The translations under genes and the position numbers were made by a program. The notes beneath the pieces are model-generated. The model was given only the letters and a program-made list of their open reading frames with translations. It ran no database searches and was not told the DNA's origin. 54,280 nucleotides of DNA from a virus (lineage: Duplodnaviria > Caudoviricetes): IMG/VR virus record IMGVR_UViG_3300037493_002486, positions 1-54,280 of that record. The stretch is one strand, 5' to 3'. Shown here piece by piece: positions 36,087-46,015 of this stretch (the stretch's first letter is position 1; every line of letters begins with the position of its first letter).

Positions 36087-37556
36087 ATGCTTAGCGTCTC
36101 TGCAGCTGAACAAGCCTCTATTGAGCAGGCTAGATTAGAGCTTCGTCTTCTCCAGATTGAAGCGCAAGAAAAAGCCCGAAAGGACTTCTTGTCCTTTGCA
36201 AAATACGTATGGCCAGAGGCTATCTTTGGCGCGCACCACACAAAAATGGCAGATGCCTTTAACCGTCTAGCAGATGGGACCTTGAAAAGACTGATCGTTA
36301 ACATGCCTCCGCGGCACACCAAGTCTGAGTTCTCGTCCTATCTGCTACCCGCGTTCATCATGGGCCGTAAGCCAAAAACCAAGATCATTCAAGCGACCCA
36401 CACCGGGGAGCTTGCCGTGCGCTTTGGCCGTAAGGTCCGTAACTTGATGGACACAGAAGAGTACAAACAGGTCTTTGATGACGTAGCCCTTCGAGCAGAC
36501 TCCAAGGCCGCCGGTCGGTGGGACACGGACCATGGTGGGGAATACTTTGCTGTCGGTGTGGGCGGCGCGATGACGGGCCGCGGTGCGGACTTGTTGATCA
36601 TTGATGACCCGCACTCGGAGCAGGACGCTTTGTCAGAGCTCGCCATGGAGAACGCATGGGACTGGTACACCTCCGGCCCTCGTCAACGGCTCCAGCCTGG
36701 TGGTGCTATTGTCATTGTGATGACACGTTGGAACACCAAGGACTTAACGGCACGTCTTGTCAAGGCACAGGCCAGCCATAAAGCCGACCGCTGGGAGATT
36801 ATTGAATTCCCTGCAGTCTTGCCTAGCGGCAATCCAATGTGGCCGGGGTTCTGGAAGCTTGAAGAGTTGCTCGCGGTCAAGGCCTCTTTGTCACCGCAAA
36901 AGTGGCAGGCCCAGTGGCAACAACAGCCAACCAACGACGAAGGCGCTATTCTGAAAAGGGACTGGTGGCAAGTGTGGCCTAGCGACGAGGCACCGCCTGT
37001 TGAATACATCATCCAGTCGTATGATACGGCTTATTCCAAGAAAGAGACGGCCGACTACTCTGTAATCACGACCTGGGGCGTGTTCTACCCGGACCAAGAC
37101 TCAGGGCCTAATATCATCTTGTTAGACGTCACGCGAGGTAGGTGGGATTTCCCGGAGCTTAAACGTATTGCCAAGGAAAGCTACGACCAGTGGAAGCCTG
37201 ACAATGTGTTGATCGAGGCCAAAGCGACAGGGATCACGCTTCAGCAGGAGCTAAGGAGAATGGGTATTCCTGTGACAATGTACTCACCGGGTGGCCGACG
37301 TAGCGGACAGGACAAGGTATCGCGTGCGCATTCTGTTGCACCCATCTTGGAGGCTGGTATGGTGTGGGCCCCGGACACGGACTGGGCAGAGGAATTAGTG
37401 GAAGAGTGTGCTGCATTCCCGAATGGCGACAACGATGACATGGTCGACAGCACGACGCAGGCATTGAATAGATTTAGGGCAGGTAATTTTATATCTCTTG
37501 GCAGCGATTTATTAGAGGATGAAAAGCAACAAGATGTTGCATTCGAATACTATTAA
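36087..37556 (+). CDS. terL: Terminase large subunit
   Basis: NMPPRHTKS (Walker A), LLIIDDP (Walker B), VMTRW, and nuclease SYDTA and NDDMVD. Confidence 0.93.
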   Translation: MLSVSAAEQASIEQARLELRLLQIEAQEKARKDFLSFAKYVWPEAIFGAHHTKMADAFNRLADGTLKRLIVNMPPRHTKSEFSSYLLPAFIMGRKPKTKIIQATHTGELAVRFGRKVRNLMDTEEYKQVFDDVALRADSKAAGRWDTDHGGEYFAVGVGGAMTGRGADLLIIDDPHSEQDALSELAMENAWDWYTSGPRQRLQPGGAIVIVMTRWNTKDLTARLVKAQASHKADRWEIIEFPAVLPSGNPMWPGFWKLEELLAVKASLSPQKWQAQWQQQPTNDEGAILKRDWWQVWPSDEAPPVEYIIQSYDTAYSKKETADYSVITTWGVFYPDQDSGPNIILLDVTRGRWDFPELKRIAKESYDQWKPDNVLIEAKATGITLQQELRRMGIPVTMYSPGGRRSGQDKVSRAHSVAPILEAGMVWAPDTDWAEELVEECAAFPNGDNDDMVDSTTQALNRFRAGNFISLGSDLLEDEKQQDVAFEYY

Positions 37557-37595
37557 GGGATAGAATAGTGGGAAATTACCCCCGGAGATTTTGCA

Positions 37596-40556
37596 ATGTT
37601 TAACGACCCACGCGCCAAGGACCTTCTGGCCATGTACCCACGCCGATTAGCCGAAGGCGGTAAAGTAGAATCGCCGTCTACCTTTAATGCAAGAGGGTAT
37701 TTAGACGCATATCCGGATTTACAAAAAGCGTTTGGTAATGACTTAGCCGCTGCAGAACAACACTATACCAATTACGGTATAAAGGAAGGGCGTACAGTTC
37801 CGCCTGTAGAACGGCCTGCAACGACGACCCCATCTTGGCAAGCCCCTGCGGTACAACAACGCAAGACTTCTTTGACTCCGATATATGCCCCTAGTCAAGT
37901 ACCTGCTGGCTATACGGGCAATTACATTGACCCAACAACACTATCCGCGTCACAGCAAAATGCCCGCATTAGGGCGGAACAAGACAAGGCTCTTAGGGAG
38001 GTGATAGACCGAAAAGAACCCGGATCGGTTAGCGGACGTGACTATCGCCAATTGCAACAGGCGGTTCGCAGGTTTGAGGGCCCTCTTAAAGACTTTGGGG
38101 CTCCATTTAATGCAAGAGGCTATTTAGAAGCGAATCCGGATTTAAAAAATGCATTTGGTAATGACGCAGCTGCAGCATGGCAGCATTATTTCCAATTTGG
38201 TAAAAAGGAAGGACGGACAGTCCCCCCTCCATTTAATGCACAAGGGTATCTAGACGCGTATCCGGATTTAAAAAATGCATTTGGTAATAACTTAGCTGCA
38301 GCAGAAGACCACTATTACAATTATGGTAAGAGTGAAGGGCGGACAGTCCCCGTTCCGTTTAATGCACAAAGGTACTTAGATGCATACCCGGATTTAAAAA
38401 AGGCATTTGGCAATGACTTAGCTGCAGCAGAGCAGCACTATATCAATTACGGTAAAAATGAAGGACGGACAACCCCTCCTGCTCCTGATATAACAGATAT
38501 AAATAATCCAATTTTTCGACCTGCCTCTACGGTATCGCCAGTAAATAACCCCACTGCTCCTTCCATAGGAGGCGCATCATACACCGGCCTGTACAATCCG
38601 CTTGTAAATGCTATTACTAATAACGTTAATGCCGTAGTAAAACCGGTGGATCTATCCACCACTCCTACCACGGGAGGGTTATTAAATACTAGCCAATCAC
38701 CTAACACTGTTACAGCGCCTGCAATCACTACTCCTTCCATGGCGTCTGTATATAGCCCTCAGGTTGGTTTTCCGATAGGCAATCAAAGTAATGGATATAG
38801 CATTGCCGACATGATAAAAGGAGGAACATATAACCGCCCTACCTCTGGTTTTGGCATGGCCTCCGTTTTTAACCAAGGCGGTCCAGTAGAAAAAAAGTCC
38901 GGTGAGTCAGAGGCTGCCTCTGACAGTTCCGCCGCGGACCTTGAGCAGTGGCTCTTGAACAACTCACGTGCCCAAGTCGGCCCTGTCGACGTGCAAGAAG
39001 TGCGCTCTGCAAGAGGCCCTGGCAAGTACGACACCCGCCTTAGCAAGAACATAGACGGCCTAGAGGCCTTTGCTGACGTGGACGTTAACGACAAGAAGTT
39101 AAGTCAAGTTGGCGCGAGTTTCGTGGGCCGTGGTCGTATAGGCAATTACGAAGTGCAGTACGTGTACGACCCTGAGACTAAGCAACCTGTGATTACTGGT
39201 GCTATTCGTAGGGAGTTGAGTCCTACTAGTGACGTGTCCGCTGAGGGCGTGTATGTGCCCTCGAGGGACGGCAAGGACTACTACAATGCTGGCGTTCGTT
39301 ACACCAAGCGGTTTGAGAATGGCGGGGAAGTAACAAACGAGAACGACCGAACACTTCGCTCCATTGTCGTTACTCCTACGAATAAAAAAGAAGTAGGCCA
39401 CCCAAATGAATACGTTGACGCCGTAGCGCGTTGGGGACGTAAAGGCCAAGAAGGCTTTGCAAACATGATAGGACTTGGCGAAGAGGTTAAGTTTGCCAAT
39501 GCCATCCCTGAGTTCTACTTTCCTAAGGACGAGCAGCTAGACGGACGTGGCGATGCAATGCGCCATATGTTATTGCAGGCACAGATAGCAAAGAAGCTAG
39601 GCAGGACACCTGCGGAGATTGCAAGCTGGATTCATGAAACCATGTTGACTGGCGGACAGTCAGATGCTGAAAAGGCGATGGACGTGGCCAATGACGCGCG
39701 AGGCATGGACATTGGATTACGGTCCAAGGACAAAGCAGACATGGCCTACCAAGCGCTACAGGCAATCAAGTCTGGACAAGCTAAGACTATTGCAAAGGCG
39801 AAAAAGCCAAAAAAGTTTGAAGATGGCGGGGAAGTAACACCTGCAAAAAGTAGGGTTAAAGAAAACCTTGATGCCATAATTCAAGGGGTAAAAAATGAAA
39901 ACGTCAGTGCTAAGGACGCAGCGTTGTTCATCAATTCGTTTATTCCTGTAACAGGAGATATTCAATCCGCAGCTGAGTTATATCAAGCTTTAAAGGATAA
40001 AGACTACCTAGGAGCAGGGCTTAGCGGGCTTGGATTAATTCCTGGACTTCCTGCTATGGGCGGTGTTATTAAGGGAAGAAAATGGTCAGACAACCCAGGG
40101 GGAAGTTGGTTAGAACATAAAAGAAAACTGGCAGCAGACGAGGGCATGAATGAGTTCGGTACACCTGAAAGAATGGGTACTCTGACAGGAGGCTTTGACG
40201 AAGAGCAAACTATCCCGGTCAGTGTTCTCCGTAATATACGTGGCATGCGAGGAGAACAGGATAATGTAAGGTCTGACTCCATTGAATGGCTTACTAAACA
40301 CATGAGCAAGACTGGAAAATTACCTCCTACTCAAAGTGGTAAAGAATACGCTCCTTTCATTACGGTAGATCAAAGAGGCATACCCTATGTTAACGAAGGC
40401 AATCATAGGATTATGGTTGCGGATAAATTAGGATGGGAAAGCTTACCTGTTGAAATTAGGTACTTTAACGGAGGGGAAGACATGCCTGGTATAATGTCTC
40501 CTAGCAGCATAGAGGCAATGCCCGATTTACCTCGCATGAAGAAAACAAAGAAGTAA
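37596..40556 (+). CDS. Modular 986-aa protein: 42-aa repeats, beta-rich module, DAxRH module, pre-toxin-TG-like segment and C-terminal ParB/Srx-like domain
   Basis: Four FNAxGYLxAxPDLxxAFGN...HY..xG..EGRT repeats; GDAMRH...HE...MDVANDARG; FIPVTGD...GLIPG; NEGNHRIMVADKLGWESLPV. Confidence 0.6.
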   Translation: MFNDPRAKDLLAMYPRRLAEGGKVESPSTFNARGYLDAYPDLQKAFGNDLAAAEQHYTNYGIKEGRTVPPVERPATTTPSWQAPAVQQRKTSLTPIYAPSQVPAGYTGNYIDPTTLSASQQNARIRAEQDKALREVIDRKEPGSVSGRDYRQLQQAVRRFEGPLKDFGAPFNARGYLEANPDLKNAFGNDAAAAWQHYFQFGKKEGRTVPPPFNAQGYLDAYPDLKNAFGNNLAAAEDHYYNYGKSEGRTVPVPFNAQRYLDAYPDLKKAFGNDLAAAEQHYINYGKNEGRTTPPAPDITDINNPIFRPASTVSPVNNPTAPSIGGASYTGLYNPLVNAITNNVNAVVKPVDLSTTPTTGGLLNTSQSPNTVTAPAITTPSMASVYSPQVGFPIGNQSNGYSIADMIKGGTYNRPTSGFGMASVFNQGGPVEKKSGESEAASDSSAADLEQWLLNNSRAQVGPVDVQEVRSARGPGKYDTRLSKNIDGLEAFADVDVNDKKLSQVGASFVGRGRIGNYEVQYVYDPETKQPVITGAIRRELSPTSDVSAEGVYVPSRDGKDYYNAGVRYTKRFENGGEVTNENDRTLRSIVVTPTNKKEVGHPNEYVDAVARWGRKGQEGFANMIGLGEEVKFANAIPEFYFPKDEQLDGRGDAMRHMLLQAQIAKKLGRTPAEIASWIHETMLTGGQSDAEKAMDVANDARGMDIGLRSKDKADMAYQALQAIKSGQAKTIAKAKKPKKFEDGGEVTPAKSRVKENLDAIIQGVKNENVSAKDAALFINSFIPVTGDIQSAAELYQALKDKDYLGAGLSGLGLIPGLPAMGGVIKGRKWSDNPGGSWLEHKRKLAADEGMNEFGTPERMGTLTGGFDEEQTIPVSVLRNIRGMRGEQDNVRSDSIEWLTKHMSKTGKLPPTQSGKEYAPFITVDQRGIPYVNEGNHRIMVADKLGWESLPVEIRYFNGGEDMPGIMSPSSIEAMPDLPRMKKTKK
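37683..38480 (+). repeat. Four coding repeats; the last three are tandem with a 126-nt period
   Basis: Units start at 37683, 38106, 38232 and 38358. Confidence 0.9.
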
Positions 40557-40615
40557 CACTTGCGTAAACCCTGCAATACCGAGTACACTACGGAAAATAC
40601 TCGGACGAGAATCCT

Positions 40616-43015
40616 ATGCCCATTGACAAAGTAGTTAACCAAGCCCCTGAAACATCTATTGAGATTGATCAGGAAGGCCTGCCCGAAATCGAAATAGTCT
40701 TGGAAGACGATGGCGGAGCTACGGTTGAGATAGGCGAAGACGAGGATAACGAGGTAGAATTTTACGCCAACTTGGCGGAAGTGATTGACCAAGACGATTT
40801 AAGCCGTATGTCTATTGACTTACTGGCTTTATTTGACGCCGACAAGGCCTCCCGTAGTGACTGGGAGCAAGTTTATGCCAAGGGCCTTGAGCTGTTAGGC
40901 TTGAAAGTCGAAGAACGCACCAAGCCATTCCGTGGCGCAGCCGGTGCAGTCCACCCAATGTTGACCGAAGCGGTAGTACAGTTCCAATCGCAAGCGATGA
41001 AGGAGCTAATGCCAGCAGACGGACCTGTTAGAACGCAGGTTTTGGGCAAGGAAACAGTAGAAAAACTACAACAAGCGTCACGTGTTCAAGATTTTATGAA
41101 CTACGAACTGACAACCGTGATGGAAGAGTACACTCCAGAGATGGATCAGGCCTTATTCTACCTAGGTTACGGCGGTTCTGTGTTCAAAAAAGTGTATTTT
41201 AATGCACAATTAGACAGAATGGTGAGCAAGTTAGTACTTGCTGACGACTTATACATCCCTTACACCGGCTCAAGCGTCATGAGCCAATGCCCACGGATCA
41301 CGCACCGTGTTCCGATGGACGCAAACGAGTTCAGAAAGCGCGTTGTCGCTGGCGAATACTTGGATTTAGACATCCAAGCAGAGAGTTCTGACCCAAATCA
41401 AGACCAAATTCAAGAAGGCGTGGACCGTCAAACAGGTTTAAGCCCTTCTGACCAAGCCGAAGAAGTATTTTTGCTTGAATTCCAAGTGGATTATGACATT
41501 CCAGGCTTCGAAGACACGGATGAAGACGGTGAACCGACAGGAATTAAGCTTCCTTACGTTGTAACCATTGACGAAGTGAGCGGAAACGTGCTCGGCGTGC
41601 GTCGTAACTGGAAAGAAGGCGACGAATTAAAACGTCGCTGCAATTATTTTGTGCATTATGTGTTGATCGAGGGCCTTGGTGCGTATGGCTTGGGCTTTGT
41701 TCACTTAATCGGCAGCCTATCTAAGACAGCAACGGCTGCATTACGTCAATTAATTGACGCGGGTACGTTCTCTAACCTACCTGCAGGCTTCAAGGCTAAA
41801 GGCGCACGGATCGCGGACACGGATACACCTATCCAACCAGGCGAATGGCGTGACATTGACGCTGGTGGCGCTGAATTGCAGTCATCACTATTACCATTAC
41901 CGTATAAAGAGCCTAGCCAAACACTATTCCAGTTATTAGGCTTCACTGTAGACGCGGGTAAACGCCTTGCAAGTATCGCGGACATGCAAGTTGGTGATGG
42001 CAATCAGAACGCAGCGGTCGGAACGACCATTGCATTGCTTGAGCGTGGCTCAATGGTCATGTCGGCCATCCATAAACGCTTGCACTACGCACAAAAATTG
42101 GAATTCCAACTGCTTGCCAAGGGCTTTGGTGAGTATTTACCTAAAGAGTACCCTTATGACGTGCCGGGTGCCAGTCGTAAGATTAAAAAATCAGACTTTG
42201 ACAACATGGTGGCAGTGCTTCCGGTTGCCGACCCTAACATATTCTCTACAGCACAGCGTATAACCCTTGCACAAACACAGCTACAGCTTGCGCAGGCGGC
42301 CCCACAGATGCATAACATGTACGAGGCATACTACCGGGTCTACACGGCACTAAACGTGCGTGATATCGACGGCATATTGCGTCCACAGAGCTCTCAAATG
42401 CCAAAAGACCCGGCGACAGAGAATGCTGACGTGTTGGATACGATGGAATTGAAAGCATTTGCTGGTCAACAGCATGACGCACACATTGAATCGCACTTAC
42501 GCATGGGCATGTCGCCAATGTTGCAGGCGAACCCTATGTCTGCGTCTATATTGCAAAAACACATCTTGCAACACATCCGTATTAGGGCAGAAGAGGACGT
42601 GGAAGCCGAATTATTCCAAGCATACGGCACGGACCCAGACGGTATGGTGTCAATAATCCAAAAAGAGGGTATGATTGCATTGAAAGTAGCGCAAGCCATG
42701 GCTGACGTTAAAGCAATGCAAGACCAAATCGCTGGTACAGGCCAAGAAGCCACTGACCCGGTTGTGGAACTCAAGAAACAAGAATTGGATCAACGTGCTA
42801 AGGCTGACGCGGCGGATGCAGCGGCTAAGGAGAAGAGTTTGGCACTCCAACAAGAAAAATTAAGACAAGAAGCGCAAGATGATAAGGCCAGCATTGCATC
42901 GCAGGATGCAATCGCAGAGGAACGTGCTGCTATTGCCCGTGAGCGGTTGGCCATTATGGAACAACAGATGTTAGGTCAACAACAGCAGGGTCAAGGAGAT
43001 AACAATGCCGCTTAA
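40616..43015 (+). CDS. Portal protein
   Basis: 799 aa near terL with HPMLTEAVVQFQ, GSVFKKVY, ALRQLIDAGT and PLPYKEPS motifs and a coiled-coil C-terminus. Confidence 0.85.
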   Translation: MPIDKVVNQAPETSIEIDQEGLPEIEIVLEDDGGATVEIGEDEDNEVEFYANLAEVIDQDDLSRMSIDLLALFDADKASRSDWEQVYAKGLELLGLKVEERTKPFRGAAGAVHPMLTEAVVQFQSQAMKELMPADGPVRTQVLGKETVEKLQQASRVQDFMNYELTTVMEEYTPEMDQALFYLGYGGSVFKKVYFNAQLDRMVSKLVLADDLYIPYTGSSVMSQCPRITHRVPMDANEFRKRVVAGEYLDLDIQAESSDPNQDQIQEGVDRQTGLSPSDQAEEVFLLEFQVDYDIPGFEDTDEDGEPTGIKLPYVVTIDEVSGNVLGVRRNWKEGDELKRRCNYFVHYVLIEGLGAYGLGFVHLIGSLSKTATAALRQLIDAGTFSNLPAGFKAKGARIADTDTPIQPGEWRDIDAGGAELQSSLLPLPYKEPSQTLFQLLGFTVDAGKRLASIADMQVGDGNQNAAVGTTIALLERGSMVMSAIHKRLHYAQKLEFQLLAKGFGEYLPKEYPYDVPGASRKIKKSDFDNMVAVLPVADPNIFSTAQRITLAQTQLQLAQAAPQMHNMYEAYYRVYTALNVRDIDGILRPQSSQMPKDPATENADVLDTMELKAFAGQQHDAHIESHLRMGMSPMLQANPMSASILQKHILQHIRIRAEEDVEAELFQAYGTDPDGMVSIIQKEGMIALKVAQAMADVKAMQDQIAGTGQEATDPVVELKKQELDQRAKADAADAAAKEKSLALQQEKLRQEAQDDKASIASQDAIAEERAAIARERLAIMEQQMLGQQQQGQGDNNAA

Positions 43016-43265
43016 AAAAGGTAGTAGCAAGAAAACCATATCCAGCAACATCGGTACACTTGTCGGTGACTTTAAAGAGTCAGGCAAGATTGGCACAAGC
43101 AAGCCAGCGTCAAAGGCTAAGGCCGTAAAACAGGCTGTGGCCATTGCGTTTAGCAAAGCAGGTAAAACTAGGCCCGCCAAGATGAAGAAGGGTGGCGATG
43201 TAATGGAAGCTAAAGTAACATACGTAAAGAAAAAAGACGGTAATAAACCAGTAAAGATTTGTTAA
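43005..43265 (+). CDS. Small basic protein (MPLKKGSSKKTISSNI family)
   Basis: KQAVAIA motif; Lys-rich; MKKGG. Confidence 0.7.
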   Translation: MPLKKGSSKKTISSNIGTLVGDFKESGKIGTSKPASKAKAVKQAVAIAFSKAGKTRPAKMKKGGDVMEAKVTYVKKKDGNKPVKIC

Positions 43266-43327
43266 ATAGTTTTAAGCCTACAGACGAGGGCTCTTGATCG
43301 TCTGCCTTTTACATGGAAGATTGAACC

Positions 43328-43522
43328 ATGCTTGAATATGCAGAAAGACTTCTTAAGGAAGTTAGAAAGTTACAGTCGGACTCCGAAGCAATAGTGCTGA
43401 ACGGCACCATTGCCAATATGGAACGGTATCGTTTCATGATGGGGCGTCTAGAAGGCTTAAAACTCGTTGAGGAAATGATCAAGGAATCCTTGAACTCAAA
43501 TATTGATCCTTTAGATTTTTAA
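43328..43522 (+). CDS. Conserved hypothetical protein
   Basis: ERYRFMMGRLEGL motif; lies before groES. Confidence 0.7.
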   Translation: MLEYAERLLKEVRKLQSDSEAIVLNGTIANMERYRFMMGRLEGLKLVEEMIKESLNSNIDPLDF

Positions 43523-43535
43523 CCGTGGAGGCCCT

Positions 43536-44006
43536 ATGGCAGAAGAAGAAACAAAGAACCTAACAGCGCTAGAAAAGAAGTGGCTTGAGAACGAGCAGAA
43601 TAAGCAGCCGTCTATTGACGATGCCTATGACGCAGACGGCCAGTTTGACCCATCACTGATACCAGAGGAGGCCATAAGCCGTATTCCTCGCCCTACAGGA
43701 TGGCGTGTAGCAATATTGCCGTATCGTGGCGCAGAACGCACGAAGAGCGGTATTGTGATAGCAGAAGAAACTCAGAAACGTACACAGCTGGCTACGAATT
43801 GCGGCTACGTATTAAGCTTGGGTGATTTAGCCTACAAAGACGAATCCAAATTCCCATTCGGCGCATGGTGCAAAGAAGGCGACTGGATTATCTTTGGTAG
43901 GTACGCAGGTTCACGTATTTCTATCGATGGTGGTGAAATCCGATTTTTAAACGATGATGAAATCTTGGGCATTGTAAATGACCCAGAAGACATCTTGCAT
44001 ATGTAA
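43536..44006 (+). CDS. groES: GroES-like co-chaperonin
   Basis: PTGWRV...RTKSGIVI...GDWIIFGRYAG...FLNDDEILG. Confidence 0.9.
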   Translation: MAEEETKNLTALEKKWLENEQNKQPSIDDAYDADGQFDPSLIPEEAISRIPRPTGWRVAILPYRGAERTKSGIVIAEETQKRTQLATNCGYVLSLGDLAYKDESKFPFGAWCKEGDWIIFGRYAGSRISIDGGEIRFLNDDEILGIVNDPEDILHM

Positions 44007-44019
44007 GGAGTAGAAAGTT

Positions 44020-44919
44020 ATGGCTGAAGATTTAGACTTTAAGGTAGGCGAAGAAGACGAAAGTCCGGCTACTGTCGAGCTTGATGGCGACGGTGGTTCC
44101 GAACTAATCAATAATGACTCCAACCAGGCCCCTTATGTTGAAACACAATCAACACAGGCGCAAGGCGAGGAACTAGATGTATACAGCGACAAGGTAAAGA
44201 AACGCATTGACAAGCTTACTGCTCGTCTACGCGAGACAGAACGTCGCGAACAGGCTGCGCTAGAGTACGCTAAAAACGTACAACAAAAAGCACAGGCCTA
44301 TGAGCAATATGCTTATAATTCGGATAATGCCCGCTTAGGCGAGACCAAAAGCCGTATTGATACACAAGCTGTTGCCTTAAAACAGATTATCCGTAAGGCA
44401 CGTGAAGAAGGCGACTACGACACGGAGATAGAAGCGCAAGAACGTTTGACTGAAATTCAAATGGAACAACGCAGTATTTCTGAAGTAGCGTCACAACGTC
44501 AATACAACCAACAACAGGTACAGCAGGCCCCTCAACAGGTGCAACAGCCTGTCCAACAGCGCTCTAGCTATGACCCTAAAGCCGAAGCGTGGGCCGAGGA
44601 AAACGAATGGTATGGCAAAAACGTGGCAATGACACATGCAGCTCAGGGCATTCATAAGCAATTAGTTTTAGCAGAAAGATTTGACCCAAACTCAGATGAG
44701 TATTATGATGAGCTAAATAATAGATTGCGCGAGGCATTCCCTACGCAATTCAACGCAAAAAACAGGACCAATCGACCCGTGCAAACGGTTGCGCCTGCTT
44801 CCAGGTCTTCTGGAGTAAATAATGCACGCCGCACTGTCAAGCTCTCACCGAGCCAAGTTGCGATAGCTAAAAAATTGGGTGTTCCGTTAGAAGAATACGC
44901 CAAATACGTTAAGGAGTAA
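44020..44919 (+). CDS. Probable capsid scaffolding protein
   Basis: Acidic N-terminus, coiled coil, and C-terminal LSPSQVAIAKKLGVPLEEYAK. Confidence 0.7.
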   Translation: MAEDLDFKVGEEDESPATVELDGDGGSELINNDSNQAPYVETQSTQAQGEELDVYSDKVKKRIDKLTARLRETERREQAALEYAKNVQQKAQAYEQYAYNSDNARLGETKSRIDTQAVALKQIIRKAREEGDYDTEIEAQERLTEIQMEQRSISEVASQRQYNQQQVQQAPQQVQQPVQQRSSYDPKAEAWAEENEWYGKNVAMTHAAQGIHKQLVLAERFDPNSDEYYDELNNRLREAFPTQFNAKNRTNRPVQTVAPASRSSGVNNARRTVKLSPSQVAIAKKLGVPLEEYAKYVKE

Positions 44920-44923
44920 TAAA

Positions 44924-45409
44924 ATGGATCAAGAACAAGCTGTACCAAAACTAAATCGCAGTGCACGTGAGACAGATTCACGAGAAACTACTGCGCGCCG
45001 TAAATCTTGGGCCCCTCCTTCACGATTGGATGCGCCTCCTGCGCCTCCAGGATACAAGCACCGTTGGATTAGAGCAGAATCTGGTGGACAAGAAGACCGT
45101 ATTAACGTCACGGGTAAACTCCGTGAAGGTTATGAGTTAGTACGTGCCGACGAGTACCCAGAATTTAGCAGTCCTTCAGTAGACGATGGCCGACATGCTG
45201 GTGTTATCAGCGTGGGAGGTTTATTGCTTGCACGAATCCCAGAGGAAACAGCACAAGAGCGACGCCAGTATTACGAATCACGCACCCATGATCAATTATT
45301 GGCTGTCGATAACGATTTAAGCAAATCAAATGGACATTCGTCTATGCGAATTCAGAATCCGACTCGTCAGACCCGTGTATCGTTCGGCGGACCTAAATCC
45401 TCCGAATAA
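44924..45409 (+). CDS. Conserved head-module protein
   Basis: WAPPSRLDAP...HRWIR...LREGYELV...GGLLLARIP. Confidence 0.7.
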   Translation: MDQEQAVPKLNRSARETDSRETTARRKSWAPPSRLDAPPAPPGYKHRWIRAESGGQEDRINVTGKLREGYELVRADEYPEFSSPSVDDGRHAGVISVGGLLLARIPEETAQERRQYYESRTHDQLLAVDNDLSKSNGHSSMRIQNPTRQTRVSFGGPKSSE

Positions 45410-45431
45410 CTTAATTTAAGGAAATGACAAA

Positions 45432-46013
45432 ATGGCAAATATAGATAAAGCCTTTGGTCTTCGTGCATTAGGAAACCTTTCAGCTACTGGCGCTCAAGCT
45501 CAGTACGGTTTCACAATCGCAGATAACCAAGCAGGCGCAATTTTCCAAGGTGACTTGGTAACAGTTTATGATGGTTATTTAGTGGCATTTGCACCAGCGA
45601 CACACACTGCAGCAGTAGGCGTGTTCAACGGTTGTAACTACATTGATCCAACCACTGGTAAACCTACATGGAAGAACTACTACCCAGGTAGCGTTAACAT
45701 CACTCAAGGCACTATCCAAGCTGATGTTATCGATGATCCAGCACAATTATTCATCATTCAATGCGATGAAGGCTTAACACAAGCTCAAATCGGTTTCAAT
45801 GCTGACGTAGTTGCAGGTTCAGGCAGCACAACAACAGGTCAATCTGCAATGGAGTTAGATTCTTCTACTATCGCCAAAACAGCAGCTTTGAACTTGAAAA
45901 TCGTTGGTTTATACAACGTTCCAGGCAACGAATTCGGCACTAACGCCGTTGCTGTTGTAAAAATCAATGAACATCTATTCGGCAGCGTTGGCGTTGCTGG
46001 TCAAGGAGCTTAA
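45432..46013 (+). CDS. Probable capsid decoration / minor capsid protein
   Basis: MANIDKAFGLR...GVFNGC...VIDDP; directly precedes the major capsid gene. Confidence 0.6.
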   Translation: MANIDKAFGLRALGNLSATGAQAQYGFTIADNQAGAIFQGDLVTVYDGYLVAFAPATHTAAVGVFNGCNYIDPTTGKPTWKNYYPGSVNITQGTIQADVIDDPAQLFIIQCDEGLTQAQIGFNADVVAGSGSTTTGQSAMELDSSTIAKTAALNLKIVGLYNVPGNEFGTNAVAVVKINEHLFGSVGVAGQGA

Positions 46014-46015
46014 TC

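Noticed and set aside
43281-43310. Hairpin CAGACGA/TCGTCTG as a terminator
   Set aside because: The 10-nt loop and short, offset T run make it too weak to call.
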